Part shown: piece by piece, positions 20,677 to 33,869 of the stretch
Layout: each line of letters starts with the position of its first letter
Numbering within the stretch: the stretch's first letter is position 1
Origin: an uncultured Pseudomonadota bacterium
Lineage (GTDB): Bacteria > Pseudomonadota > Gammaproteobacteria > Steroidobacterales > Steroidobacteraceae
Assembly: GCA_963727685.1 (NCBI GenBank)
Contig: CAVSGY010000007.1
Coordinates: 9,300 to 73,299, forward strand
DNA: 64,000 nt
Direction of reading: 5' to 3'
Program-made: the position numbers and the translations under genes
The notes under the pieces: generated by a model
Database searches by the model: none
Told to the model about the DNA's origin: nothing
Seen by the model: only the letters and a program-made list of their open reading frames with translations

Positions 20677-21833
20677 CAGGCGAACCACAGCCGCACGGTG
20701 TCGATCATGCGGCGGAAGATGTTGCCGGGCTCGACCGCCGCCGCCGGGTAGACCGGCACGTCCGCGAGCAGCGCCTCGCCGAGCGTGACCTTGAGGTGGC
20801 CGACCGGCGTCGTGGCGGCGAGCGGCGCGACCAGCCGCGGGTTCAACAGCAGCTGCGCGCGCGCGCCGGCGAGCTCGCCGCGCGCCGCGGTCGCGTACAG
20901 ATCGCCGTGCACGACCACCGACACCGGGTCGGAGGTCTTGTAGACCGTCGCCTGCCCGATGCGCTGGCCGGCGCTGTAGAGGCGCTTGGTCTCGAAGAAG
21001 TTGAAGCCGTAGCCGAGCAGCGTCTCGCTCGCGTCCTCGCGCGCCTTCGGGCTGGCCGTGCCCATGACGACCGCGACCAGCCGCATGCCGTCGCGCAGCG
21101 CCGAGCTCGCCAGGCAGTAGCCGGCGGCCTCGGTGTGGCCGGTCTTGATGCCGTCGACGGTCGGGTCGCGGTCGAGCAGCCCGTTGCGGTTGAACTGGCG
21201 GATGTGGTTGTAGGTGAATTCGCGCTGCGAGAACCACTTGTAGTACTCGGGGAACTCGCGCACCAGCGCGGCGCCGAGGATCGCGACGTCGCGGGCCGTC
21301 GTGTAGTGCTGCGGGTCCGGCAGTCCCGCGGTATTGGTCCAGTGGGTGCCCTTGAGCCCCAGCTGCTGCGAGTACTGGTTCATCATCACCGCGAACGTCT
21401 GCTCGGTGCCGGCGATCGCCTCGGCGAGCACGATCGTCGCGTCGTTGCCGGACTGCACGATCATGCCCTGGATCGCGTCGACGACCTTGACGTTGCTGTG
21501 GATCGGCAGGTACGAGGTCGAGCCGTCGGACTTGGCGCCACCGACGCGCCAGGCGTGCTCGGAGACCGGGACCTCCTGCTCGAGCCTGAGCTTGCCGTCC
21601 TTGAGCGCGTGGAACACGACGTAGGACGTCATGAGCTTCGTCAGGCTCGCCGGCTCGAGCCGCTCGGTGTCGTTCTGGCCGGCGAGGATGCGGCCGCTCG
21701 TGGCATCGAGCAGTACCCAGCCCTTGGCCGCGAGCGGCGGCGGCGGCGGCAGCGGTGCGGCGGCGCGCGCGGTCGCAGCCACGGCGAGCAGCAGGGACAG
21801 AATCGTCAGCGTGCGCAGAGAGAGTCGCGACAT
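20676..21833 (-). CDS. dacC: D-alanyl-D-alanine carboxypeptidase (PBP5/6 class)
   Basis: ORF 20676..21833 is intact. Signal peptide, SLTKLMT (SxxK), QSGND (SxN) and IKTGHT (KTG). Confidence 0.88.
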   Translation of the reverse strand: MSRLSLRTLTILSLLLAVAATARAAAPLPPPPPLAAKGWVLLDATSGRILAGQNDTERLEPASLTKLMTSYVVFHALKDGKLRLEQEVPVSEHAWRVGGAKSDGSTSYLPIHSNVKVVDAIQGMIVQSGNDATIVLAEAIAGTEQTFAVMMNQYSQQLGLKGTHWTNTAGLPDPQHYTTARDVAILGAALVREFPEYYKWFSQREFTYNHIRQFNRNGLLDRDPTVDGIKTGHTEAAGYCLASSALRDGMRLVAVVMGTASPKAREDASETLLGYGFNFFETKRLYSAGQRIGQATVYKTSDPVSVVVHGDLYATAARGELAGARAQLLLNPRLVAPLAATTPVGHLKVTLGEALLADVPVYPAAAVEPGNIFRRMIDTVRLWFA

Positions 21834-21905
21834 CGTGCTTCAGGGCCTCGGTACGGGTGGCGGTCGAAACGGAAAGTGTAGCTCGCGGGCGAGCCGGGCG
21901 GGTCC

Positions 21906-22752
21906 TCAGTTCGGCGCGAGCCCGACGCCGGCCACGCCGAGTGCGCGCAGCCGCGCGACCAGCGCGTCGTAGGCGGCGACCGAGTCGATCGGGCCGACGC
22001 GGACGCGGTACAGCGTGCGCCCGCCGACCTCGTCGGCCCGCAGCAGCAGCGGACCGACGCCGGCCGCGGCCAGCCGCTCGCGCAGCCGCGCGGCGTTGTC
22101 GGCCAGCGCGAAGGCGCCGGCCTGCGCGTAGATCTCGCTCGGCGGCGGCGGCGGCGGCGCCGGGCCGTCGGCCTCGAGGGCCCGCACCTCGACCAGCGTC
22201 GTGCCGTCGCGCACCATGTCGAGCTTGAGCGCCGCGGCGTACGACAGGTCGATGATGCGATTGGCCTTGAACGGCCCGCGGTCGTTGAGGCGCACGACCA
22301 CCGAGCGGCCGTTGCGCAGGTTCGTCACGCGCGCGTAGGCGGGCAGCGGCAGCGTCTTGTGCGCGGCCGTCATCGAGTACATGTCGTACGGCTCGCCGAT
22401 CGAGGTGCGCACGCCGTGGAAGTCCGGGCCGTACCACGAGGCAACGCCGCGCTCGAGGTAGCCGCGGCTCGACTCGAGCACCGTGTAGCGCTGGCCGAAC
22501 ACCTCGTAGAAGGGCGGATTGCCGAGCTGCGCGCGGGCCTCGGCGCTGGGGCGTCGCGTCCGGCAGTGCCAGGAGCTCCGGGTCGCTCGGCCGCGGCGTC
22601 GGCTCGGCTGGCGCGGCCATCGCCGGCGCGACCGGCGTAGGCGCCGGCTCCGCCGCCGGCGGTGCGGCCGGTCGCACGGGCGCACCGGCGCAGCCGGCCA
22701 GCGTGATTGCGATCGTGGCGAGCGTCGCGCGGCGGTAGGCGGCGCGTCTCAT
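21906..22752 (-). CDS. rlpA: Septal ring lytic transglycosylase RlpA (lipoprotein with DPBB and SPOR domains). One frame break near 22560.
   Basis: MRRAAYRRATLATIAITLAGCAG (lipobox). ASWYGPDFHGVRTSIGEPYDMYSMTAAHKTLPLPAYARVTNLRNGRSVVVRLNDRGPF (DPBB). YAQAGAFALADNAARLRERL..YRVRVGP (SPOR). Confidence 0.85.
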
Positions 22753-23859
22753 CGCGGCGCCTCGGGCGCGTGCGTCGGCGGCGTGACGGGCGGTGCGGCG
22801 GGCGGCGTCGCCGGCGGCGCCGGCGGCGTCGGCGGCGCCGCGACGGCATCGCGCTCGGTCGCGGCGTCGGCGCCGGCCGTCGCGTCGGCACCGATCGCGG
22901 CGGCGAGCTCGGCGGCGGCGAGCGCGTACATCGCGCTGCGGTTGTAGCGCGTGATCACCCAGAAGTTGTGGAAGCCGACCCGGTAGACTGGGCGCGTCCG
23001 CCTCGCGCAGCGCGATGAACATCGCCGGCGCGTCCTCGGGCAGCGGGCTGTCGAAGGTGACGCCCTTGCCGCGCAGCGTGGCGACGGTGTCGACCAGCGC
23101 GAGCCGGTTGCCCGGCAGGTCCTCGACGTCCGGGTCCCACAGCTCCGCCGGCACGAACAGCGGCTCGCCGCGCTGCCAGCCGTTGGCGACGAAGTAGTGG
23201 GCGACGCTCTCGGCGATGTCGGCCCAGTCGGTCCACAGGTCGATGTGCCCGTCGCGGTCGCCGTCGCGCGCGAACGAGCGGTAGCTGCGCGGCATGAACT
23301 GCGGCGCGCCCATCGCGCCGGCGTAGGAGCCGGTCGCCTTCAGCGGATCGAAGCCGGCCTCGCGCGACAGCAGCAGGAACTGTTCCAGCTCGGCGCGGAA
23401 GTAGCTGGCGCGCGGCGGATAGTCGAAGGCGAGCGTGGCGAGCGCGTCCAGCACACGGTAGTGGCCGGTGTCGCGGCCGTAGAAGGTCTCGATGCCGACG
23501 ATCGCCGTGATGATCTCGCGCCGGCACGCCGGTGCGAGTCGCGACGTCGTCGAGCAGCGCGCGGTGCGCGGCGTAGAACTCGCGGCCCTCGCGGATGCGC
23601 TTGTCGGTGAGGAAGATCGCGCGGTACGCGAACCAGGGCTTGACGCGCTCGGCCGGCCGGGTCATCGCCTCGATGATCGACTGCTTGGTCTCGGCCGCGG
23701 CCACGACGCGGCGCGACCCAGGCACGCTCGAAGTGGTCGCGCGCAGCGACCTCGTCGATGAAGTCCCGGATCTCGGCGCGCTCGACGTCGAGCGCGCACG
23801 CACCGCCGGGAGCGAGCGCCGCGAGGCCGGCGAGCAACGCAAGCGCCTGCGATCCGCAC
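22749..23859 (-). CDS. mltB: Lytic murein transglycosylase B. About 3-4 frame breaks.
   Basis: ALLAGLAALAPGGACALDVERAEIRDFIDEVAARDHFERAW, ETKQSIIEAMTRPAERVKPWFAYRAIFLTDKRIREGREFY, VLDALATLAFDYPPRASYFRAELEQFLLL..GSYAGAMGAPQFMPRSY, and the C-terminal ITRYNRSAMYALAAAELA (ORF 22749..22958). The start is assigned to the GTG at 23859 and is uncertain. Confidence 0.8.
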
Positions 23860-23860
23860 G

Positions 23861-24999
23861 TCAGGCGCCGACCAGCTTGCGGTGCCGGTTGAGCGACATC
23901 AGCACGCCGAAGCTCGCCAGCAGCGTGACCATCGCCGTGCCGCCGTAGCTGACGAGCGGCAGCGGCACGCCGACGACCGGCAGGATGCCGCTGACCATGC
24001 CGGTGTTGACGAAGGCGTAGACGAAGAACGTCAGCGCGAAGCTGCCGCAGACCAGCCGTCCGTAGGTGTCCTGGGTCTCGGAGGCGAGGTAGAGCGCGCG
24101 GCCGATCACCGTCAGGTACAGGCCGATCAGCAGCAGCTGGCCGAGCAGTCCGAGCTCCTCGCCGATCACGGCGAAGATGAAGTCGGTCGAACGCTCCGGC
24201 AGGAACTCGAGCTGCGCCTGGCTGCCGTTCATCCAGCCCTTGCCGAACACGCCGCCGGAGCCGATCGCGATCTGCGACTGGATGCTGTGGTAGCCGGCGC
24301 CGAGCGGGTCCTGCGACGGGTCGAGGAAGGTCAGCACGCGCTGGCGCTGGTAGTCGTGCATGAAGTGCCAGCGCAACGGGCACCGCGGCGCCGAGCAGCG
24401 CGATGCCGGCGACGATCACGATGCTCGACATGCCGGCGAGGAACAGCACCAGGATGCCGGCGGAGGCGACCAGCAGCGCCGTGCCGAGGTCGGGCTGCTT
24501 CGCGATCAGCGCGGCCGGCACGGCGACGATCACCAGCAGCACCAGCACGTCGCGCAAGCTCGGCGGCAGCGGCCGCTCGTGCAGGTACCAGGCGCACATC
24601 ATCGGCACCGCGAGCTTCATGATCTCCGACGGCTGGAAGCGCACCGGCCCGAGTGTCAGCCAGCGCTGCGCGCCCTTGCCGACCGTGCCGTGCACGGCGA
24701 CCACCAGCAGCAGCACGATGCCGAGCGCGTACAGCAGCGGCGAGACGCGCCGCAGCCACGCCGGCGGCACCTGCGCGATGGCGACCAGCAGGCACGAGCG
24801 CGAGCACCAGGTATTCGACCTGCCTGAGCCACTGTGCGAAGTTCTCGCCGGTGGCGCTGTAGAGCACGAACAGTCCGAACGCCGCCACCGCCGCGAGCGT
24901 CGCCAGCAGCGTGCCGTCGAGGTGCAGGCGCCTGAGCAGCACCGCCGAGGCGGTCAGCGTCCGGCGCGTCGTCGAGTATTCGCCCTCGTCGTACAGCAT
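23861..24999 (-). CDS. rodA: Peptidoglycan glycosyltransferase RodA (SEDS). Two frame breaks.
   Basis: [64 protein letters not shown], and [49 protein letters not shown] (ORF 23861..24376). Confidence 0.9.
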
Positions 25000-25001
25000 C
25001 G

Positions 25002-26898
25002 TCAGTTGGCCTTGTCGGGCGGCAGCGGCGTCGCGTCGTACTTGCCGAGCAGGAAGGCGTCGAACACGCGGCGCGCGACCGGGCCGGCGGCGCTGCCGCC
25101 GTGGCCGCCGTTCTCGACCAGCACCGCGACCGCGAGCTTCGGCGCGTCGGCCGGCGCGAAGGCGATGAACAACGCGTGGTCGCGCAGCCGCTCGGCGACC
25201 TGGCTGGCGACGTACTTCTCGTTCTGGCCGAGGCTGAAGACCTGCGCCGTGCCGGTCTTGGCGGCGATCTTGTAGCTGGCGCCGTGCGCGATCGAGCTCG
25301 CCGTGCCGCCGGCCTCGGTGACGCGCTCCATGCCCTCGACGACGACGTCCCAGGAGTGCGGGTCCTGCAGCTCGATCGCCGGCTCGGCGACCGGCTCGAG
25401 CTTGCGCACGACGCCGGTGGCGGCGTCGCGCACCGCGGTCACGAGCCGCGGCCGGAAGTTCTTGCCGTGCCCGGCCACCACCGCCGCGGCGTGGGCGAGC
25501 TGCAGCGGCGTCACGAGCAGGTAGCCCTGGCCGATGCCGACGATGATCGTGTCGCCGGGGAACCAGGCCTGCTTGTAGCGCTGCTGCTTCCACTCCGGCG
25601 ATGGCACGAGGCCGGGCACCTCGCCGCCGACGTCGATGCCGGTCAGCTTGCCGAGGCCGAGCTTGGACAGCGCATCGTGGACCTTCTCGATGCCGAGGGT
25701 CTCGGCGAGGCCGTAGAAGTAGACGTCGCACGAGGTCGCGATGGCCTTGCGCATGTCGACCATGCCGTGGCCTTCCTTCTTCCAGTCGTGGTACTGGCGG
25801 CTGGAGCCCGGCAGCGTGTAGTAGCCGCGGCAGAAGCGCGTCGCGTTCGGGTCAACCCCGTACTCGAGTCCGGCGAGCGCCATCAGCGGCTTGACGGTCG
25901 AGCCGGGCGGGTAGGCGCCGCGCAGCGCGCGGTCGAACAGCGGCCGGTCGATGTCGTCGCGCAGCGCCGCGTACTCGCGCCCGGAGATGCCGCGCGTGAA
26001 CTTGTTCGGGTCGAAGGTCGGCACCGACACGAGCGCGACGACGTCGCCGGTATCGGGCTCGATCGCCACCACCGCGCCGCGCCGGCCGGCGAGCGCCTCC
26101 TCGGCGACCTTCTGCACACGCATGTCGAGCGCGAGGAACAGGTCGTTGCCGGCGCGCGGCGAGCGCGTCTCGAGCTTGACGGTGCCGCCGCCGAGGCGAT
26201 CGACGCGCCGGCCCTGCGCGTTGACCAGCACCTGGCGGTAGCCGGCCGTGCCGTGCAGTTCCTGCTCGTAGGTGCCCTCGAGGCCGATCTTGCCGATCAC
26301 CGAGGAGCCGGCGTACTGGTCGCGGTCGATGTGCTTGAGGTCCTCCTCGGAGATTGCCGCCACGTAGCCGAGCGCGTGCACGCCGGCCTCGCCGTACGGG
26401 TACCAGCGGGCGAGGCGGGTCTGGATCTCGACGCCGGGGAACTCGAACTGGCGGACCGCGAAGGTCGCGATGTCGGTATCCGACAGCGACAGGCGCAGCG
26501 GCACGGCCTCGAACTTGCGGCCGGAGCGGATCAGGCGGTCGAGCGCCGGCACCTGGTCCTGCTCGAGCAGGCCGATCGCCGCCAGCCGGCGCAGCGTGTC
26601 GGGGACGTCCGCGACCTGCTCCGGCGTCAGCTCCAGCGTGTAGGCCGGCGTGTTCTCGGCGATGACCGTGCCGTGGCGGTCGTACAGCAGGCCGCGGTCT
26701 GGCGGCAGCGGCTCGAGGCGCACGCGGTTGCCCTGCGACAGGTCGACGTAGTAGTCGTGCTTGACGCACCTGCAGCAGGAACAGCCGGCCGCCGACCACC
26801 AGCATCAGCAGCGTCGCGGCGGCGGCTGCGAACAGGATGCGGCCGATGTACAGCCGCTGCTCCGACCAGTGATCCTTGATGCGGACCGAGCGACGCAT
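25002..26898 (-). CDS. mrdA: Penicillin-binding protein 2 (elongasome transpeptidase). One frame break near 26760.
   Basis: The N-terminus is MRRSVRIKDHWSEQRLYIGRILFAAAAATLLMLVVGGRLFLLQV. The body is ORF 25002..26723 with PPGSTVKPLMALAG (SxxK) and AAKTGTAQV (KTG). Confidence 0.9.
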
Positions 26899-26903
26899 GC
26901 GCG

Positions 26904-27384
26904 TCAGCCGCGCATCATCATGCGGCCCATCAGCCCGGTCAGCACCGGCCACAGCAGCGCGCCGGTGGCGACCGGCAGCCAGCGGGCCCAGGCGGTGACC
27001 GGATGGCCGGCGACGCCGTCGATCCAGAACAGCAGGAACTGGTACAGCGCCAGCAGCGCCATCACCACCAGCGACTGCTGCGACAGCGTGTACATGCGCA
27101 TGCGCAGGTGGAAGTGGTGGACGATGAAGGCGACGACGACGAAGGCGAGCGCGTTCTCGCCGAGCACGATGCCGTGGAAGGCGTCGAGCGCGAGCCCGGC
27201 GGCCCAGGCGAACGCCAGGCCGCCGGCGCGCGGCATCATCAGCGCGAACCAGATCACCGTCAGCAGCAGGAAGTCGGGGCGCAGCAGGTCGAGGACGTGC
27301 GGCAGCGGCACGCGCCGACAGCACGCAGCGCCGACCAGCGCCACCGTGAGCAGCGTCAGCGCGCGGGCTGCGACGTTCGTGCAT
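26904..27384 (-). CDS. mreD: Rod shape-determining protein MreD. One frame break near the start.
   Basis: MHER.. then RALTLLTVALVGAACCRRVPLPHVLDLLRPDFLLLTVIWFAL..(ORF 26904..27344). The ATG shares 1 nt with the mreC stop (TGATG). Confidence 0.8.
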
Positions 27385-28318
27385 CACGGCGAGGCCGCCG
27401 GGTGCGGCGGCTTGGCGCGCGACTCGCGGGTCGCCGCCGGCGGCGGGGGCTCGGCGGCCGGCAGCGGCACGCGCGGGCTCGACCACAGCAGCAGCACCTC
27501 GCGGTCGCGGTCGAGCGCCGCCGCCGGCTCGGCGCGTCACGATCGCGAGCGGCTGGCTCGGGTCGCGCCGCACGTCGACGACGCGCGCCACCGGGAGCCG
27601 GCGGGGAACACGCCGCCGAGGCCCGACGAGACCAGCAGGTCGTCGACCTGCACGTCGGCGTTGCGCGGCAGGTACGGCAGCGTCAGCCGGCTCGCGTCGC
27701 CGGTGCCGACCGCGATCGTCCGCAGGCCGTTGCGCTCGACCTGCACCGGCACCGCGTGGCTCGGGATCCGACAGCAGGATCACCTCGGCCGCCAGCGGCC
27801 CGACGTTGATCGTCTGGCCGAACATGCCGTGGGCGTCGATGATCGCCTGGCCGCGCGTAACGCCGTCGCGCGAGCCGCGATCGATCAGCACGCGGTGGCG
27901 CAGGCGGTCGAGGTCGACGCGCAGCACCGTCGGCGGCCTGGACGCGCTCGGCGTCGCGCGGCGCCGCGTTGACGAGCGCGCGCAGCCGCTGGTTCTCCTG
28001 CTCGATCGCCTCGAGGCGCAGCAGCTTGAGGTCGTTCTCGCGCGCCGCGTCCTGGAGCGCGGCGTTGTCGGCCAGCAGCTCGCGGTGCGTGCGCAGCGAG
28101 GCGCTCAGCCAGTCCCACGCCGCGACCGGCGAGTGCACCAGCATCTGCAGCGGCCAGGCCGCCGCCGACAGCCCCGAGCGGATCAGCGCGAGTCCTTGCT
28201 GGCGGTGATCGGCCACCATCAGGCCGATCGACAGCGCGATCAGCACCAGCGCCCGCAGGCCGAGCGTCGAGACGCGCGGCGGAGCATAGCGGGCACCGGG
28301 CTCTCTCAGGGCCGGCAA
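27384..28318 (-). CDS. mreC: Rod shape-determining protein MreC. About four frame breaks.
   Basis: ..LRALVLIALSIGLMVADHRQ..ENQRLRALV (ORF 27683..28318), VLRVDLDRLRHRVLIDRGSRDGVTRGQAIIDAHGMFGQTINVGPLAAEVILLSDP, VPVQVERNGLRTIAVGTGDASRLTLPYLPRNADVQVDDLLVSSGLGGVFPAG, and the tail EPAAALDRDREVLLLWSSP. Confidence 0.85.
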
Positions 28319-28334
28319 CCGGATACTCCGATCA

Positions 28335-29535
<1,201 letters not shown>

Positions 29536-29545
29536 TCAGCCAGCC

Positions 29546-29837
29546 ATGAGCCTGACCCGCAGAGACGTCGAGGGAATCGCCCACCTCGCGCGCCTTGAGA
29601 TCACCGAAGGCGAACTGCCGGTCTACGTCGACAGCCTGTCAAGATCCTGTCGTTCGTCGAGCAGCTCGATGCGCGCCCAGACCGGCAGCGTCGAGCCGAT
29701 GGCGCACCCGCTGGACGGCGAGGTGCAGCGGCTGCGGCCGGACGTGGTCACCGAGACCGACCACCACGAGAAGTACCAGGCCAACGCGCCGCAGGTCGAG
29801 GGCGGCGCTGTACGTCGTGCCGAGGGTGATCGAGTGA
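29546..29837 (+). CDS. gatC: Glutamyl/aspartyl-tRNA amidotransferase subunit C. 2-3 frame breaks.
   Basis: [32 protein letters not shown], ..ILSFVEQLD.., [43 protein letters not shown], and the tail LYVVPRVIE (ORF 29595..29837). Confidence 0.85.
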
Positions 29838-31317
29838 GCCTGCACACCCGCAGCGCTCGCCGAGCTTGCGGCGGGGCTGCGGGCGACGCGAGTTCTCGGC
29901 CGTCGAGCTCGACCCGGCACTTCCTGGCGCGGATCGCGCGCCGCGAACCCGGCCCTGAACGCCTTCCTGACCGTGACCGCCGAGCGCGCCCTGGCCGACG
30001 CGGCGCGCGGCCGACGCGACCCGGGCGGCCGGCACCGCCGGCGCGCTGCACCGGCGTGCCGATCGCCCACAAGGACATTTTCTGCACCGACGGCGTCACG
30101 CACGAGCTGCGGCTCGCGGATGCTCGACAACTTCGTCGCCCCCTACGACGCGACGGTCGTCGACGCGGCTGGCGGCCGCGGGCACGGTGCATGCTCGGCA
30201 AGACCAACATGGACGAGTTCGCGATGGGCTCGTCGAACGAGACCAGCTACTACGGGCCGGTCAAGAACCCCTGGGACCCTAGCAAGGTGCCGGGCGGCTC
30301 CTCGGGCGGCTCGGCGGCCGCGGTGGCCGCGCGGCTCGCGCCGGCGGCCACCGGCGACCGACACCGGCGGCTCGATCCGCCAGCCGGCGGCGCTGGTCGG
30401 CATCACCGGCATCAAGCCGACCTACGGCCGGGTGTCGCGCTACGGGATGATCGCCTTCGCCTCGAGCCTCGACCAGGCCGGCGTCCTGGCGCCGTCGGCC
30501 GAGGACTGCGGCGCTGCTGCTGCGGCGCGATGGCCGGCTTCGACCGCGCGACTCGACCTCGCGTCGACGCGCCGGTGCCGGACTACGCCGCCGAGCTCGG
30601 CGCGCCGCTCACGGGCCTGCGGATCGGCGTGCTCAAGGAGTTCTTCGCGCACGGGCCTCGAGTCCGAGCGACCGGCGCGCTGCGTCGAGGCGCTCGATCG
30701 CGCAGCTGCGCAGCGCTCGGCGCCGACGTCGTCGAGGTCAGCTGCCCGAACCTGCCGCTGTCGGTGCCGACCTACTACGTGGTCGCGCCGGCCGAGTGCT
30801 CCTCGAACCTGTCGCGCTTCGACGGCGTGCGCTTCGGCCACCGCTGCGAGAACGCCGCGCGACCTGCATGGACCTGTACAAGCGCTCGCGCGGCGAGGGC
30901 TTCGGCGCCGAGGTCAAGCGCCGCATCATGACCGGCACCTACGTGCTGTCGGCCGGCTACTACGACGCCTACTACCTCAAGGCGCAGAAGGTCCGCAGCC
31001 TGATCACCGCCGATTTCACGCGCGCCTTCGCCGAGGTCGACATGCTGCGTCGGCCCGACCACGCCGACGCCGGCGTTCGGCATCGGCGCCAAGATCGGAC
31101 GATCCGATCACGATGTACCTGAACGACATCTACACGATCGGCGCGAACCTCGCCGGCGCTGCCGGCGATGTCGATCCCCTGCGGCTTCGTCGACGGGCTG
31201 CCGGTGGGCCTGCAGCTGATCGGGCCGCACTTCGGCGAGAGCCGGCTGCTCGCTGCGGCGCATGCCTACCAGCGCGAGACCGACTGCCACCGCCGGCTGC
31301 CGGCGGCGTACGGCTGA
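29834..31317 (+). CDS. gatA: Glutamyl/aspartyl-tRNA amidotransferase subunit A. Many frame breaks.
   Basis: [70 protein letters not shown] (amidase signature), [97 protein letters not shown]. Ends at TGA 31315-31317. The GTG start overlaps the gatC stop. Confidence 0.9.
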
Positions 31318-31327
31318 GGTCCGCTGC

Positions 31328-32810
31328 ATGAACCAGGCTGCCGTCCGCGAAGGCTGGGAGGTCGTCATCGGCCTCGAGATCCACGCCCAGCTCGCGACCC
31401 GCTCGAAGATCTTCTCCGGCGTCGCCGACCGCCTACGGCGCGGCGCCCAACACGCCAGGCCAACCTCGTCGACCTCGGCTACCCGGGCGTGCTGCCGGTG
31501 CTGAACGGCGAGGCGGTGCGCATGGCGGTCAAGTTCGGCCTCGCGACCGGCGCCACGATCGCGCCGCGCTCGATCTTCGCGCGCAAGAACTACTTCTACC
31601 CCGACCTGCCGAAGGGCTACCAGATCAGCCAGTACGAGCGGCCGGTCGTCGAGGACGGCTCGCTCGAGATCATGCTCGAGGACGGCAGCAAGAAGACCAT
31701 CGGCATCACGCGCGCGCACCTCGAGGAGGATGCCGGCAAGTCGCTGCACGAGGGGCTCGCGAACGCCAGCGGCATCGACCTGAACCGCGCCGGCACGCCG
31801 CTGCTCGAGATCGTCTCCGAGCCGGACCTGCGCTCGGCGAAGGAGGCGGTCGCCTACATGAAGAAGGTGCACACGCTGGTGCGCTACCTCGAGATCTGCG
31901 ACGGCAACATGCAGGAGGGCTCGTTCCGCTGCGACGCCAACGTCTCGGTGCGGCGCGCGCGGCGCAGACCGAAGTTCGGCACGCGCTGCCGAGATCAAGA
32001 ACGTCAACTCGTTCCGCTTCGTCGAGAAGGCGATCAACTACGAGGTCGAGCGCCAGATCGACGTGCTCGAGGGCGGCGGCAGCGTCGTCCAGGAGACGCG
32101 CCTGTACGACTCCGACAAGGACGAGACGCGCTCGATGCGCTCCAAGGAAGAGGCGAACGACTACCGCTACTTCCCGGACCCGGACCTGCTGCCGCTGGTG
32201 ATCGAGCGCCGACTTCATCGCGGCGGTGCGCGCGACGCTGCCGGAGCTGCCGGACGAGAAGGCGGCGCGCTTCGCGCTGCACTACGGCCTGTCGGCCTAC
32301 GACGCCGGCGTGCTGACCGCGAGCCGCGAGCTGGCCGACTTACTACGAGGCGGTGGTGCGCGAGGTCGGCGGCGCGGCGACATCCGCCAAGCTCGCCGCC
32401 AACTGGGTCATGGGCGACTTCTCGGCGTTCGCTCAACCGCGACGGCCTCGAAATCGCCGCCGCGCGCGTGCCGGCGCGCGGCGCTCGCGGGGCTGCTGCG
32501 CCGGATCGCGGACGAGACCATCTCCGGCAAGATCGCCAAGGAGGTGTTCGAGGCTCATGTGGGCCGACGGCGCCGAGGCCGACGCCGTCATCGCGGCCAA
32601 GGGCCTCCAGCAGATCACCGACACGAGCGCGATCGAGGCGGCGATCGACGCGGTCATGGCCGCGAACCCCAAGCAGCTCGCCGAGTACCGCTCCGGCAAG
32701 GACAAGCTGTTCGGCTTCTTCGTCGGCCAGGTCGATGAAGGCGACCCAGGGCAAGGCCAATCCGGCGCAGCTCAACGAGCTGCTGAAGAAGAAGCTCGGC
32801 CGGTCCCTAG
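31328..32810 (+). CDS. gatB: Glutamyl/aspartyl-tRNA amidotransferase subunit B. Several frame breaks; the 3' end is uncertain.
   Basis: [106 protein letters not shown] (ORF 31489..32316), [12 protein letters not shown], and the tail [22 protein letters not shown]. Confidence 0.9.
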
Positions 32811-32814
32811 CGCG

Positions 32815-33728
32815 TTGCGCGACGGCGATACCCTGCGGCGGTTCATCTTCGAGCGCTTCCCGGTGCGCGGCTACGTCGTGCACCTCGATGCCTCGTGGCG
32901 CGCGCTGATCGAGCACCAGGCCTACCCGGCGGTCGTGCGCGACACGCTCGGCGAGGCGGTGGCGGCGACGATGCTGCTCGCCGCGACCCTCAAGTTCGAC
33001 GGCCTGCTGACGCTGCAGATGCAGGGGCCGGGCCCGATGCACCTGCTGGTCGTGCAGGCGACGCACCGCATGGCGGTGCGCGGCGTCGCGCGCTGGCGTG
33101 GCGCGCTGCCGGCGCAGCCGAGCCTGCGAGACGCTCTCCGGCGGCGGGCAGCTGACGGTCACGCGTCGAGAACGCCGACCGCAATTCGCGCTACCAGGGC
33201 ATCGTGCCGCTCGCCGGCAGCCGGCTCGCCGACTGCTTCGAGGCCTATTTCGCGCGCTCCGAGCAGCTGCCGACGCGGCTGTGGCTGGCGGCGACGCCGG
33301 AGCGGGCCGCGGGCCTGCTGCTGCAGCGCCTGCCGAGCGGCGCGAGCGCCTCGGCCGAGGAGCTGGAGCATTCGGCGGCGGCCGGCGACGAAGACTGGAA
33401 CCGCGTGCTGCACCTCGCCGCCACGCTGACGCCCGAGGAACTCGCCGGCCTGCCGGGCGGCGAGCTGCTGCGCCGGCTGTTCCACGAGGAGGACGTGCGC
33501 CTGTTCGAGCCCGGGCCGGTGTTCTTCCAGTGCACCTGCTCGCGCGAGCGAGTCGACGGCATCCTGCGCTCGCTCGGCGAGGCCGAGGTCCGCGACATCC
33601 TCGCCGAGCGCGGCGCGGTCGAGGTGCGCTGCGAGTTCTGCAACCGCGCCTGGCAGTACGACGCGGTCGACGTCGCCGGGCTGTTCACCGACGGCGGCGC
33701 CGTCAGCGGCCCGCGCGCCCTGCAGTAG
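32815..33728 (+). CDS. hslO: Redox-regulated chaperone Hsp33. 1-2 frame breaks near 33130-33170.
   Basis: The TTG start gives (M)[58 protein letters not shown]. Then ORF 33204..33728 gives ..[36 protein letters not shown] (CxC..CxxC zinc centre). Confidence 0.85.
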
Positions 33729-33869
33729 CCGCGCCGGTCCCGGCAGCGGGCCCCCGTGGGCCAATTTCCGTGCAGCGCGGCCCCGCGCCGGTACCCGTGA
33801 CCCCGTCCTTGTGCCGCCGTCGGCTACGTGCCTTGGCTCGGTACGCGGACATCGTGCCTTGCGTGTTCA

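Noticed and set aside
19792-23454. 1220-aa minus-strand ORF in the track
   Set aside because: It is a read-through chimera. It strings together out-of-frame stretches of mltB, rlpA and dacC with the true class IV aminotransferase at its tail. Stops are rare in this GC-rich DNA.
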